Positions 14,190 through 27,693 of a stretch of 64,000 nt of DNA are shown piece after piece. The position numbers and the translations under genes are program-made. Under the pieces are notes generated by a model. That model was not told where the DNA came from, ran no database searches, and saw only the letters and a list, made by a program, of their open reading frames with translations. This stretch comes from Eledone cirrhosa (Eukaryota), in the NCBI GenBank assembly GCA_964016885.1, contig OZ024746.1, positions 66,402,001-66,466,000 on the forward strand, read 5' to 3'. The first letter of the stretch is position 1; every line of letters starts with the position of its first letter.

Positions 14190-15109
14190 TTCGCTGTGGA
14201 GGGGAGAAAGAGAGACAGTGGGAAGTGTAGGGTAGAGGTTAGAGAGGGACAGAGGGAGGGAGGGAGATAGAGATATAACACCAGTGAGATAAATATAACT
14301 CCAGCGAGAAAAAGAAAGAGAAACAGAAGAAAAGAAAAGAAAAGGGGGAGAGACAGAAGAGGGGAGCGAGAGAGATAGCGGGAAGAGTGGGGGGGTCAGA
14401 GGGAGAGAGAGGATATATATAGAGAGAGAGAGGGAGAGAGAGGGAGAGAGAGAGCGCGTTGATCTAGAGAGAGAGAGAGAGAGGGAGAGAGAGAGAGAGA
14501 GGAAGGAAGGAAAGAGATAGAGACAGCGTGAGCAATAGCAGTTCATAAATATAAAATAAATTTTAAATTAAATTAATGAATGGAAGAAACCGGAATCATA
14601 GAGATATAGAAACACGATGTAAGTTGTATATAAGTTGAATCTAAATGTTTGTTTACAAATATACGAAGTTATTGTATAATCAACATATCAAACAAGAAAC
14701 AACAAAACCGAGTCAAAAACAGATGAGATTATACCAAATTAAACAAGATTATATTACATTAAATTATGTTACTCAGAAAAATCAAAATAATACAAGATCT
14801 GTTTAAGTTAAACTAAAATTAGATTACGTATGCTGTGTATGGTAGTCAAGAAAAATAGAAAGCACGTGTGTGTGTTGTCTCCTATGAAGGTATCACACTG
14901 TGAAAATAAACATGTTCAAAACGGTAATATATGTAAAATATACTTCAAAATAATTGCGTCAAAGCACAAAAACTTATCTTTTTTGTATGTTTTCCTTGTC
15001 CTCTGAAAAATTAAAACCATAAACAAATCCGATTACTGTCGATTTAAAATATTAAAATTTCAAACCTGGAGAGACGACAATTCACGTCTTATACCAACAA
15101 GTTGCCAAG

Positions 15110-15111
<2 letters not shown>

Positions 15112-15177
<66 letters not shown>

Positions 15178-15405
15178 TATATAATTATATATATATATAT
15201 ATTTATATATATTAATATATATAAATATATATATATATATAATTATATATAATTATATATATATATATTTATATATATTAATATATATATATATATATAT
15301 ATAATTATATATATATATATATATTTATATATATTAATATATATAAATATATATATATATATAATTATATATATATATATATTAATATATATAAATATAT
15401 ATATA

Positions 15406-15467
<62 letters not shown>

Positions 15468-15723
15468 TATATAATTATATATAATTATATATATATATAT
15501 TTATATATATTAATATATATATATATATATATAATTATATATAATTATATATAATTATATATATATATATTCATATATATTAATATATATATATATATAT
15601 ATAATTATATATATATATTTATATATATTAATATATATATATATATATATAATTATATATATATATTTATATATATTAATATATATATATATATATATAA
15701 TTATATATATATATTTATATATA

Positions 15724-15766
<43 letters not shown>
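15112..15766. repeat. (TA)n array with higher-order unit TAATTA(TA)nTTTATATATATTAA
   Basis: The interruption pattern repeats visibly. The same unit occurs at ~9740-9790 and ~22760-22870. Confidence 0.85.
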
Positions 15767-15772
<6 letters not shown>

Positions 15773-15806
15773 AGATTTGAATGGATACAGTTTAGTTGAA
15801 AGGAAT

Positions 15807-15923
15807 TTATTGACACGTGTTTCTATAACAGTTACATAACCTAAAACAGCTATCTACAAACTTTTAGTTATGCAGACATTCAATATTTCAATGTTATTAT
15901 TTACTGTCATTTCATCAGAATAA
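15807..15923 (-). ncRNA. pLTR hammerhead ribozyme of the Penelope-like element (left arm)
   Basis: Mirror copy of 22432-22548. Confidence 0.8.
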
Positions 15924-16507
15924 TATTACTGAGGACCTATTTAGTTTTTATAGAGAATATTAGGAGGGAGGGGTGAAGTTGTTAGAAGAATAGTTGAAGG
16001 AGTGGTTTTTCGATAGCAGTGAGAATTCTTGGTGGCAGTGAGTAATTAGATTCCCATCTGTTGTTTTGACATTTTTTATGGAATATATTATTGGTTATTT
16101 TTCTAAATCTATAGAAGGATTAGAGATAGTAAAGATATGCGTGGTTGGTTTTGTGTTTGCACTTAACATTCAGACTTAAATTTTTCTTTCAAGTGTACGT
16201 ATTCTTTCACCCACGCATTCACACAAATATATTTGCACACCTCTACAAAATACATATACTCACAATTCACATATTCATACTTACATATATATACACATGC
16301 ATACACATATATATACACACATGTATTCATGTACATACATACGCGCTCATGTGTATACATTTTCATACTCAACTTATCTTTATATATACACACGTATAGA
16401 CACACACATATATACATACATACTCTAGTCCATGTGTACACACATACGCATACATACACATCCACATACACATACATACATACACATATATATATATATA
16501 TATACAT

Positions 16508-16558
<51 letters not shown>

Positions 16559-16875
16559 CCCACACACACACATATACACATACACACATATATATATATA
16601 TATATAAGCACTTTAATACATGAATACACTTACATCTAACTATACACATCAAACATATATATATATTTACTTATTTATATACATTTTCACATATATATAC
16701 ATACTTATGGACGTTTTTAGACACATTCATTATCGCATATTTGTACCTATTCTCATCAGCATATCTTTTCATTATTAGTATGGTAATTTAAGGTTATTAA
16801 TATATGTTGAGAAGAGATTGTTTTTATATTTTTCTAACTAGATTAAGGTTTATATAGTTGGGGGATGTCCCTCTT

Positions 16876-19197
16876 TTATGTAATATTCGGCTTGTAGTGG
16901 GAAAAAAGGGTTTTAGTTCTGTGACGGCAGAATAATGTTCGTTCAATTCTGTTATTCAGCAGTTTCTTCTTGTGTGTGATTATGTAATAAATCTCAAGAT
17001 TACACAATTTGCAGAAATTTTGGCTCCTGGAAAAGCTTTGGGTTTTAGCTAATTTTTCCCATTTTAGGGTAAACTTTTGATTGCTATCCCTGAGCGTCCA
17101 AGCTTTTTCTGCTAAAGTTGTTACATTTCTTTGGCTCTGGTGTTTTATTGAGTAAGAATGCCTATACAATCGAGATTTAAACGATGTTGCCGTTGATCCC
17201 ACGTAATACCACTCGTTGCCTCCGGATTTAATGGTACACTTATAAATAATATTTTTTTCCAGGCAGTTATTGCCGAGGGGGCAGTTGTCAGGATAGGTGC
17301 AGTTACAGTTGTGTACGTTGGGTTTTCTCTGGAGTAGTATTGCGGACGAACTTAGGTGTGGTTTATTTATGTTCTGTAGTGTATTGTCTACTGTTTTTTG
17401 GGGGTTCTTTGTACTTAAGTTCTTAGTGTTTTCGTTTAACCTTCTAGTATTGATCTTTTTTATGTGTTGTTCAAGGTTTAACGCTGTAGAGTATGACAGT
17501 CTTATAGTGGTAGGGTTTAGGATTTTGTGGTATTTGTGTGATGTGGGAAAATGTCTTTTAATTATTTTAAAGAAGAGTACTGGTAAATTTGTACTAATGG
17601 AGCTATTGTATTCGGGGTTATACCATAAGTACTCTTTGCATCGCTTTCTATTAGTTTTGTTTGTTGGTTTACTGGTGTGCATACTATGGTAGTAAGTGTG
17701 GTTTGGTGTTGTGTTATTATATCTACCTATGTGGGATTTATTTTGGGTGTTTTGATTGTTCCCATCTATGTACTCTATTTTGTTGAGGTAGCCTGCTTTA
17801 CTAAGGGCGTTATCGTAGTACTCGGCGTGTTCCTTAAATACTTGTATGTTAGAAGATAGACCCGAGATTCTAAGGGAAATATTTTTAGGGATAGATTTAA
17901 TTATAGAGATGGGGTGGTTAGACCCAACATTTACGTATTTGAGATTTTCATTCAATTTATGAAACGGTTTAATCAAACCAGAGTTTAAATTGAGTGTGAC
18001 ATCCAGGAAGTTAACTACTTTAAGGTTGTATTCATATGTTATAGTTAGTCCTATTTCGAGTAGTAGTTTTCTTATATCTTTGCGTAGTTTTTCTAGTTTT
18101 TGGTTATTAAGGTTTTTAGCTAGGAGGAGAACATCGTCGCGGTATATTCCGCCGTGGAGATTGCTGAATTTTTCCTGGAGTCTAAAGGCGATAAATAACC
18201 CCACAATATCAGTTATTTCCGCCGAATCGTTAGAGCCCATTGTTATGTCAAAGTTAGAGGGTCTATCTTTACGTACCCAATAACTGTTCTCAAATTTGAC
18301 TATAGTTTTCCTAGCTTCTAATATAATCTTAATTTCATCGTTTGTAAGGTCAGAGTTATCCTTAGCAAACTTAATGGCTCTATTCAAAGTTTCAGGTGAT
18401 ATCGATGAGTAATATTCATCGATATCAAACTGGATAAACTTAGATTTATTCTTATTGCTAATGCTATTAAACCATCTTATTGCTTCTTGGGTCTTCCCCC
18501 AGAGTTTAATGTTAACCTTAGCCTTAATTTGGGGGATGATTCTATCTAAGATATATTTGCTTATTTTACCTATATCTGATTTAGAGGGGCAGATTAATCT
18601 TATTTTAGGGTCATTATCAAAGTTTACCTTGTGGTCCTTAAGATTGAAGGTGGGTACCGCCGGTAAGAGTGGTCCTGTCCTATCTTCGATTCCGAGATTT
18701 TTCACTATTTCGCATGCCTCATCATTGATGTGCTTAAGGGTTACTTCACTCGTTTTTCTATATTTTTTATGTAATTCTTTTCGAATGAAGTTGTTGTATG
18801 TAGTGCAATCCATAGTGTACAGGTTTGATGTTTTGTCCGCTTTTACTACAATTCCTTTGGTGTTTTTAAGGTCGTCCAGTAGTTTTTTTATATCTTTCTG
18901 TAATTTGCTGTTGGTGTTGCGTCCTTTGAATTTAATTTTAAGGATTAAGTTCATAAGGTCCTGCTCAAATGCATCTAATAGTGGGTTGGTGGGTGGGTTT
19001 TTACAAGTCCTAAAACCGAATTTGTTGTTTACACCACTTTCTAATGTTGAGTTCATACGGCTTCTATCATAGTGGAGCGTTTTCCACCTGACACGTCGAA
19101 TGAATTCATTAGTTTTTTGAATCATGCTCAATAAATATTCCTTTCTACCTTGGGTTGGTATGTTTTTGAGTGACATATCCAGGTAGTGTTTTTCCAT
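16876..19197 (-). CDS. Intact Penelope-like RT + C-terminal GIY-YIG endonuclease, 773 aa
   Basis: SLKNIP/FIRRVRWK N-terminus, KADK, FDIDEYYSSI, MGS, YRDD, FLDVTL, CNC...CPLGNNC, then IIYKC...YYVGST...FKSRLYRH (GIY-YIG-like). Confidence 0.93.
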   Translation of the reverse strand: MEKHYLDMSLKNIPTQGRKEYLLSMIQKTNEFIRRVRWKTLHYDRSRMNSTLESGVNNKFGFRTCKNPPTNPLLDAFEQDLMNLILKIKFKGRNTNSKLQKDIKKLLDDLKNTKGIVVKADKTSNLYTMDCTTYNNFIRKELHKKYRKTSEVTLKHINDEACEIVKNLGIEDRTGPLLPAVPTFNLKDHKVNFDNDPKIRLICPSKSDIGKISKYILDRIIPQIKAKVNIKLWGKTQEAIRWFNSISNKNKSKFIQFDIDEYYSSISPETLNRAIKFAKDNSDLTNDEIKIILEARKTIVKFENSYWVRKDRPSNFDITMGSNDSAEITDIVGLFIAFRLQEKFSNLHGGIYRDDVLLLAKNLNNQKLEKLRKDIRKLLLEIGLTITYEYNLKVVNFLDVTLNLNSGLIKPFHKLNENLKYVNVGSNHPISIIKSIPKNISLRISGLSSNIQVFKEHAEYYDNALSKAGYLNKIEYIDGNNQNTQNKSHIGRYNNTTPNHTYYHSMHTSKPTNKTNRKRCKEYLWYNPEYNSSISTNLPVLFFKIIKRHFPTSHKYHKILNPTTIRLSYSTALNLEQHIKKINTRRLNENTKNLSTKNPQKTVDNTLQNINKPHLSSSAILLQRKPNVHNCNCTYPDNCPLGNNCLEKNIIYKCTIKSGGNEWYYVGSTATSFKSRLYRHSYSIKHQSQRNVTTLAEKAWTLRDSNQKFTLKWEKLAKTQSFSRSQNFCKLCNLEIYYIITHKKKLLNNRIERTLFCRHRTKTLFSHYKPNIT

Positions 19198-19306
19198 TGT
19201 TGTGGTTGCGTTTGCTGTGTGGGTTGCTCGACTTTACAGGAGGTAAATATACAGTATTTTCCGTTGTGTTGTAATATAAATATTACACACAGTAGATTAT
19301 CAGGTA

Positions 19307-21463
19307 TAAACAACAAATTCGGTTTTAGGACTTGTAAAAACCCACCCACCAACCCACTATTAGATGCATTTGAGCAGGACCTTATGAACTTAATCCTTAA
19401 AATTAAATTCAAAGGACGCAACACCAACAGCAAATTACAGAAAGATATAAAAAAAACTACTGGACGACCTTAAAAACACCAAAGGAATTGTAGTAAAAGC
19501 GGACAAAACATCAAACCTGTACACTATGGATTGCACTACATACAACAACTTCATTCGAAAAGAATTACATAAAAAATATAGAAAAACGAGTGAAGTAACC
19601 CTTAAGCACATCAATGATGAGGCATGCGAAATAGTGAAAAATCTCGGAATCGAAGATAGGACAGGACCACTCTTACCGGCGGTACCCACCTTCAATCTTA
19701 AGGACCACAAGGTAAACTTTGATAATGACCCTAAAATAAGATTAATCTGCCCCTCTAAATCAGATATAGGTAAAATAAGCAAATATATCTTAGATAGAAT
19801 CATCCCCCAAATTAAGGCTAAGGTTAACATTAAACTCTGGGGGAAGACCCAAGAAGCAATAAGATGGTTTAATAGCATTAGCAATAAGAATAAATCTAAG
19901 TTTATCCAGTTTGATATCGATGAATATTACTCATCGATATCACCTGAAACTTTGAATAGAGCCATTAAGTTTGCTAAGGATAACTCTGACCTTACAAACG
20001 ATGAAATTAAGATTATATTAGAAGCTAGGAAAACTATAGTCAAATTTGAGAACAGTTATTGGGTACGTAAAGATAGACCCTCTAACTTTGACATAACAAT
20101 GGGCTCTAACGATTCGGCGGAAATAACTGATATTGTGGGGTTATTTATCGCCTTTAGACTCCAGGAAAAATTCAGCAATCTCCACGGCGGAATATACCGC
20201 GACGATGTTCTCCTCCTAGCTAAAAACCTTAATAACCAAAAACTAGAAAAACTACGCAAAGATATAAGAAAACTACTACTCGAAATAGGACTAACTATAA
20301 CATATGAATACAACCTTAAAGTAGTTAACTTCCTGGATGTCACACTCAATTTAAACTCTGGTTTGATTAAACCGTTTCATAAATTGAATGAAAATCTCAA
20401 ATACGTAAATGTTGGGTCTAACCACCCCATCTCTATAATTAAATCTATCCCTAAAAATATTTCCCTTAGAATCTCGGGTCTATCTTCTAACATACAAGTA
20501 TTTAAGGAACACGCCGAGTACTACGATAACGCCCTTAGTAAAGCAGGCTACCTCAACAAAATAGAGTACATAGATGGGAACAATCAAAACACCCAAAATA
20601 AATCCCACATAGGTAGATATAATAACACAACACCAAACCACACTTACTACCATAGTATGCACACCAGTAAACCAACAAACAAAACTAATAGAAAGCGATG
20701 CAAAGAGTACTTATGGTATAACCCCGAATACAATAGCTCCATTAGTACAAATTTACCAGTACTCTTCTTTAAAATAATTAAAAGACATTTTCCCACATCA
20801 CACAAATACCACAAAATCCTAAACCCTACCACTATAAGACTGTCATACTCTACAGCGTTAAACCTTGAACAACACATAAAAAAGATCAATACTAGAAGGT
20901 TAAACGAAAACACTAAGAACTTAAGTACAAAGAACCCCCAAAAAACAGTAGACAATACACTACAGAACATAAATAAACCACACCTAAGTTCGTCCGCAAT
21001 ACTACTCCAGAGAAAACCCAACGTACACAACTGTAACTGCACCTATCCTGACAACTGCCCCCTCGGCAATAACTGCCGGGAAAAAAATATTATTTATAAG
21101 TGTACCATTAAATCCGGAGGCAACGAGTGGTATTACGTGGGATCAACGGCAACATCGTTTAAATCTCGATTGTATAGGCATTCTTACTCAATAAAACACC
21201 AGAGCCAAAGAAATGTAACAACTTTAGCAGAAAAAGCTTGGACGCTCAGGGATAGCAATCAAAAGTTTACCCTAAAATGGGAAAAATTAGCTAAAACCCA
21301 AAGCTTTTCCAGGAGCCAAAATTTCTGCAAATTGTGTAATCTTGAGATTTATTACATAATCACACACAAGAAGAAACTGCTGAATAACAGAATTGAACGA
21401 ACATTATTCTGCCGTCACAGAACTAAAACCCTTTTTTCCCACTACAAGCCGAATATTACATAA
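19307..21463 (+). pseudogene. 5'-truncated second copy of the Penelope-like ORF (645 aa open from 19526)
   Basis: Protein matches the minus-strand copy except L>R in NNCLEK/NNCREK. It lacks the first ~55 codons and has one extra A in the homopolymer at ~19449-19456. Confidence 0.9.
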
Positions 21464-21784
21464 AAGAGGGACATCCCCCAACTATATAAACCTTAATCTA
21501 GTTAGAAAAATATAAAAACAATCTCTTCTCAACATATATTAATAACCTTAAATTACCATACTAATAATGAAAAGATATGCTGATGAGAATAGGTACAAAT
21601 ATGCGATAATGAATGTGTCTAAAAACGTCCATAAGTATGTATATATATGTGAAAATGTATATAAATAAGTAAATATATATATATGTTTGATGTGTATAGT
21701 TAGATGTAAGTGTATTCATGTATTAAAGTGCTTATATATATATATATATATATATGTGTGTATGTGTATATGTGTGTGTGTGGG

Positions 21785-21847
<63 letters not shown>

Positions 21848-22431
21848 ATGTATATATATATATATATATGTGTATGTATGTATGTGTATGTGGATGTGTA
21901 TGTATGCGTATGTGTGTACACATGGACTAGAGTATGTATGTATATATGTGTGTGTCTATACGTGTGTATATATAAAGATAAGTTGAGTATGAAAATGTAT
22001 ACACATGAGCGCGTATGTATGTACATGAATACATGTGTGTATATATATGTGTATGCATGTGTATATATATGTAAGTATGAATATGTGAATTGTGAGTATA
22101 TGTATTTTGTAGAGGTGTGCAAATATATTTGTGTGAATGCGTGGGTGAAAGAATACGTACACTTGAAAGAAAAATTTAAGTCTGAATGTTAAGTGCAAAC
22201 ACAAAACCAACCACGCATATCTTTACTATCTCTAATCCTTCTATAGATTTAGAAAAATAACCAATAATATATTCCATAAAAAATGTCAAAACAACAGATG
22301 GGAATCTAATTACTCACTGCCACCAAGAATTCTCACTGCTATCGAAAAACCACTCCTTCAACTATTCTTCTAACAACTTCACCCCTCCCTCCTAATATTC
22401 TCTATAAAAACTAAATAGGTCCTCAGTAATA

Positions 22432-22548
22432 TTATTCTGATGAAATGACAGTAAATAATAACATTGAAATATTGAATGTCTGCATAACTAAAAGTTTGTA
22501 GATAGCTGTTTTAGGTTATGTAACTGTTATAGAAACACGTGTCAATAA
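22432..22548 (+). ncRNA. pLTR hammerhead ribozyme with extended stem II (right arm)
   Basis: ttatt-CTGATGA-a.atgacagt[~70 nt]actgttat.a-GAA-ACACGTGT-C-aataa. Predicted GUC cleavage after 22543. Confidence 0.8.
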
Positions 22549-22695
22549 ATTCCTTTCAACTAAACTGTATCCATTCAAATCTTTCTATTTTTCTCCGGAT
22601 TACTTTTGGAACTACAACTGGAACCGTCGAGCAAACTCTACGTGAGCTGATAATCTACTGTGTGTAATATTTATATTACAACACAACGGAAAATA

Positions 22696-22771
<76 letters not shown>

Positions 22772-22773
22772 TA

Positions 22774-22804
<31 letters not shown>

Positions 22805-22828
22805 TATATATATATATATTTATATATA

Positions 22829-22872
<44 letters not shown>

Positions 22873-22882
22873 TATATATATA

Positions 22883-23164
22883 TATACTTTGAGAGGGTCA
22901 TGTTGCCAATAAGAAACACAAGCATCAGCGCTTTCACTTCAATTTATTATAATAAATTTATAAATTTATGAATTTATAAATTTCCGGTTGGTTGGTTCCA
23001 CAACCAGATCATTGTTTATATATTGTCAAAGTTCCTTCGTCACACAATGTGTGACCTCTTCAGTGACTGGGGATTCTTTTCCTTGTTTTTGTGTCTCTCC
23101 TTTGAAGTGAAAGCAACTGGTGCGTGTGTTTCTTATTGGCAACATGACCCTCCCAAAGTATAAC

Positions 23165-23168
<4 letters not shown>
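22883..23168. mobile_element. Family A foldback element with a shortened right arm
   Basis: Same termini as 8195-8558. HHR at 23025-23067(-) has GAAA>GAAG. Confidence 0.8.
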
Positions 23169-23201
<33 letters not shown>

Positions 23202-23216
23202 ATATTTATATATATA

Positions 23217-23340
<124 letters not shown>

Positions 23341-23350
23341 TAAGTATATA

Positions 23351-23504
<154 letters not shown>

Positions 23505-23509
23505 TATAT

Positions 23510-23606
<97 letters not shown>

Positions 23607-23609
23607 TAC

Positions 23610-23696
<87 letters not shown>

Positions 23697-23785
23697 TATA
23701 CATATATTAATATATGTATATAAATATATATATATACATATATATTGTTATACTTTGGGAGGGTCATGTTGCCAATAAGAAACAC

Positions 23786-23823
<38 letters not shown>

Positions 23824-23828
23824 ACATA

Positions 23829-23965
23829 TTTATTAAAATAAACAGATTAAAGTTTAAGCAAATAATCGCTGCTTTCAGCCTTAACGGGATCTTCTGAAAC
23901 TTATTTATCCTTATCGAGCCCTCTTTGGATTTTAGTCTTCAAATTTATTATTATTACTATATTAT
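23829..23965 (-). mobile_element. Family B mini-element with CAGAAGA hammerhead-like motif
   Basis: Matches 831-903 (reverse complement) and 44163-44320. Confidence 0.7.
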
Positions 23966-23979
23966 TATTACTATATATA

Positions 23980-24083
<104 letters not shown>

Positions 24084-24199
24084 TATATATATATAAGAAA
24101 ATGTATGACCGTCGAAGTATTGAGTACTCTGGTGCGGTTATGGTCCACCTAGTTCCTTACCACATATATATTTATATATATACACAAACACACACACAG

Positions 24200-24267
<68 letters not shown>

Positions 24268-24582
24268 GTACATATTAATACACTAGATTACATAGTTCCT
24301 AAATAGATTTCTAGTAGCTGCGTGTGCTTGCTTGAAAAATAATTATAATGCACTTCAAGAAATCCACATTATCTGATCACTAATTTCCTTTAAATCAAGT
24401 TAAAGACTTACTGAAACTTAGATGGTCCTCATTTAGGGCATTAAGCCAAGGTACGCAGCACTTGCATAATCTAAATGCGTTTGTGGGTTTCGTTTAACTA
24501 TAATACATATTTCAATTATGCTTTGCATAATAACAAACATAATAAACTATAATATAATATAATATGATATAATATAATATAA

Positions 24583-24762
24583 TTGTTTCTACTTTAGGCA
24601 CAAGGCCAGCAATTACCCAGTGCATTACTGGTACTTTATTTTATCGACCCCGTAAGGATGAAAGGCAAAGTCAACCTCGGCGGGATTTGAACTCAGATCG
24701 TAAAGGGACGTAACTATGCTGGAAAGCATGGCGTCCGACCCTCTACCGATACTGCCAATCCA
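24583..24762 (-). mobile_element. tRNA-derived SINE (octopus-type)
   Basis: A-box-like tggcagtatcggtag, B-box gagttcaaatccc, central gcctttcatcctt..ggggtcgataaaataaagtaccag; several near-identical copies in the window. Confidence 0.9.
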
Positions 24763-27392
24763 AATATAATGTAATATACTATGTTCGAAATTATTTCACA
24801 CACTGTTGGATCTTATAATCTTAAATTTATTAATAAGCTCGCATTTGGACACATGTCTATGATATCTTGTGTGTATGTGTTCGTGTTTTCATTTATTTAT
24901 TCGTCAACTTGTATCCCTATATGTTCATGGTTAGATCACAACAAGTGCCAGTATTTCTATCGTCGCTGACTTACTGTTGCGTTTTTATCAACAGTATTCT
25001 CCACAATGCATACAAACCTACAAGAATAATGGTGTACGATCCTGCCTACATGAATTGAAACAGATTTAGCCATCTTGCTGTGGATATCCCATTCAGAGTC
25101 ACAATTTTACTTACTCCGCAAAATCTGGAATGGTTCTTTCTGTACATCCACCGCACTATTCCATCAGGTAACAACGTATTCGCAGTTCTGTCCTCTGAGA
25201 CCATGAAACGACAATCAGCTTGTGTATGGTACTGCAAAGTGTGAGAACGGGGGAACTCATATTGATGATAATGGTCAATTATTTATTGTCAGTAAAGATT
25301 TAATGTTTTGATACGCGTCCAGTTTAGCAATTTGTGATTGGAACATAGAACGTACGTTAATGCAGAAAGGAAATATATCTAATACTACCGGAAAAACCCC
25401 ACCTCTATTACCAGCAGATATTGTGGTCTAATATAGAAACAATGTCACTTATATTGAGTATAGAGAGAAGGACATCGATCATAAGTGTTCCTCCATATAA
25501 CCAGTATACATTTTATACATGCCAAAATGTTGAAATTAACTTTGACTTCGGCAAGATATGAAATCTGAAATTGAATGGCAACCACTGAAATTAAATTGCG
25601 CAATGACTTTTGAGCAGTAGTTTGCTGATTCGATCATCTGTCACTTTATTAATATCAAACATTAACAAATATAACAACTTAGGAATAGTTATCATATCGA
25701 ACGCTACATGATATGATGTATGAAATGCAATACTTTTCCTGGTATTGATTATCAATTTAATTGTTGAAGGTTTGACATTAATCCTGCTGCCTACGATATA
25801 GTACAGATGAGAAATACAAATATGAAATTAGAATTTATATATATGGTGGTAAGGTAAATACTTGAGTACCTTTTTAATTGAACAAATTTTCAAATAAATA
25901 CAGTACGTGAGATATGAAGAGTAAACGACTGTGGAATATAAGTTTTAAACAGTGACTCTTTCTAAGTAGTGAGTGCTACCATAGTTTAGTTGGAATATGA
26001 TACCAATTAATTAGGGAATATCTACGGTTTCGTTTAATTTATACAGTGGATTTAAGCTAAGGTTTTCTATGTAATGATGACATTTTCTGTTAATTAAAAT
26101 ATAAATAGTTTGTGGGGCGTTTGTCAAGAGCATTACAGATAAGTTAGAGTCATAGAATCTCGTATTCTGTAGTGAAAAATCTAAAATAAAATAGCAAGGA
26201 AACGAACGCTAACACTATCAAATAATCTACTTTTAGATATGAAGATAAATCTTCTATGACTGTATTTTGTCTTTATATTCACTTGGTAGCTTATGAGATT
26301 TAACGGTATCGCTACGCATAACAGGGATTGTCTCCAAGTTAGCAATCCTAAATTAACATTAGGGATTTCTAAATATTGACACCACTATTTGTGTGGTGCT
26401 TATATTTTCTTAATAGGGATAAACAACAATATCAATCCAGGGAGGTTTCGCGTCCAATGTATGTTAGATATTTGCTCGAGAGAGATAAGATAGTGTGTAT
26501 AAACTCTGCCGACTCTTCTAAACTGGCACCTTCATTTTACAACTGTACGAAACATGAGATTATTAGAAATTCTATTAATGAGAGGCATTAATATATTAGC
26601 TGGCGTTTCAACGAACCAAATGTTTTTTGAATAGAGGAAATGGTGGTTATGAAACTAATGTCATTCTCATGAAGCAAATGAATTTTAAAATGTCCATAAA
26701 TCTATATCAAAAGAGGTTTGCAAAAATACTTTCAGGGTCTATCAGTATATATATCATCTATAATTCATCACGTACCTTCCTTGATATGCGAAAGTTTGAA
26801 GTAATCCACAATTCACTGTGTTGTGATTAAGAGCATTGTTTGTATGATCTTTATATTGTGAATATCTTGGTTTTATTTGCAGAATTACCATGTGTACCAT
26901 AAAATAACTGACTGAAACTTCATTCGAGAGTAATATAGATTTTTGTGATTATATATTTATACAAGTAGGATTATTTCCGGTTTCGCATATGTATTGATGT
27001 ACATACTAACATTTCAGTTCAAAGAGTAAAGAAACAATGGAAAAATATGCTTTCTCGTTATTTCACTCCCTTTCAAATGCGCAGTGCGTAGAAACAAATA
27101 GGTAAAGAGATAAAAAGAACACAAGTCATAATACAGTTGTAGATTAAATATACCTATATAAAGTTAGACATAATATTAAAACTAGTACATATGCAGCAGT
27201 GGACAGACTGGGAAATTAAATTAGCAAATGTACAGTAGAGAGCAAAGTCGTGCAGAGGAATAAATCAAGATATTGACCACACAATAGAAAATCATGGATT
27301 TATTGCATACATAATGCAGAAAATCAACATACTCGATTGGCAACAATTTATTACATCTGTATCTGACTCTCGCTATCTCTCGCTATCTTTCA

Positions 27393-27429
<37 letters not shown>

Positions 27430-27453
27430 TTCATATACACACATGTTACACAC

Positions 27454-27495
<42 letters not shown>

Positions 27496-27528
27496 CTTGT
27501 TTAATTTTCGACTATATATATATATATG

Positions 27529-27583
<55 letters not shown>

Positions 27584-27614
27584 TCAAAATTAAACAGGAC
27601 AAAACGCAAAGATG

Positions 27615-27658
<44 letters not shown>

Positions 27659-27660
27659 AG

Positions 27661-27693
<33 letters not shown>

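Larger units (their letters stand above)
10235..15111 (-). mobile_element. Near full-length CR1/L2-group LINE in (TA)n
   Basis: ORF1, ORF2, a (CT)n-containing 5' region and a short structured 3' tail; bounded by TA repeats on both sides. The 5' boundary is approximate. Confidence 0.85.
15767..22703. mobile_element. Penelope-like retroelement (Naiad-type), head-to-head inverted insertion in (TA)n
   Basis: Arms 15767-19031 and 19307-22588 are near-identical reverse complements. The right arm has an extra ~115-bp tail (22589-22703). 19247-19303 is an inverted copy of the last 57 bp of that tail, lying just upstream of the minus-strand ATG. Confidence 0.95.

Noticed and set aside
17297-21042. 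Mirror-image ORFs (205, 149, 131, 97 aa) in the Penelope region
   Set aside because: They are antisense shadows of the RT ORF, duplicated by the inversion.
21578-21620. CTGATGA in the PLE 3' UTR as a second hammerhead
   Set aside because: No matching stem II, GAAA or stem I.
16876-21700. Selenocysteine recoding/SECIS, reported for some Naiad elements
   Set aside because: The ORF has no in-frame TGA and ends in TAA, and I could not fold a convincing SECIS.
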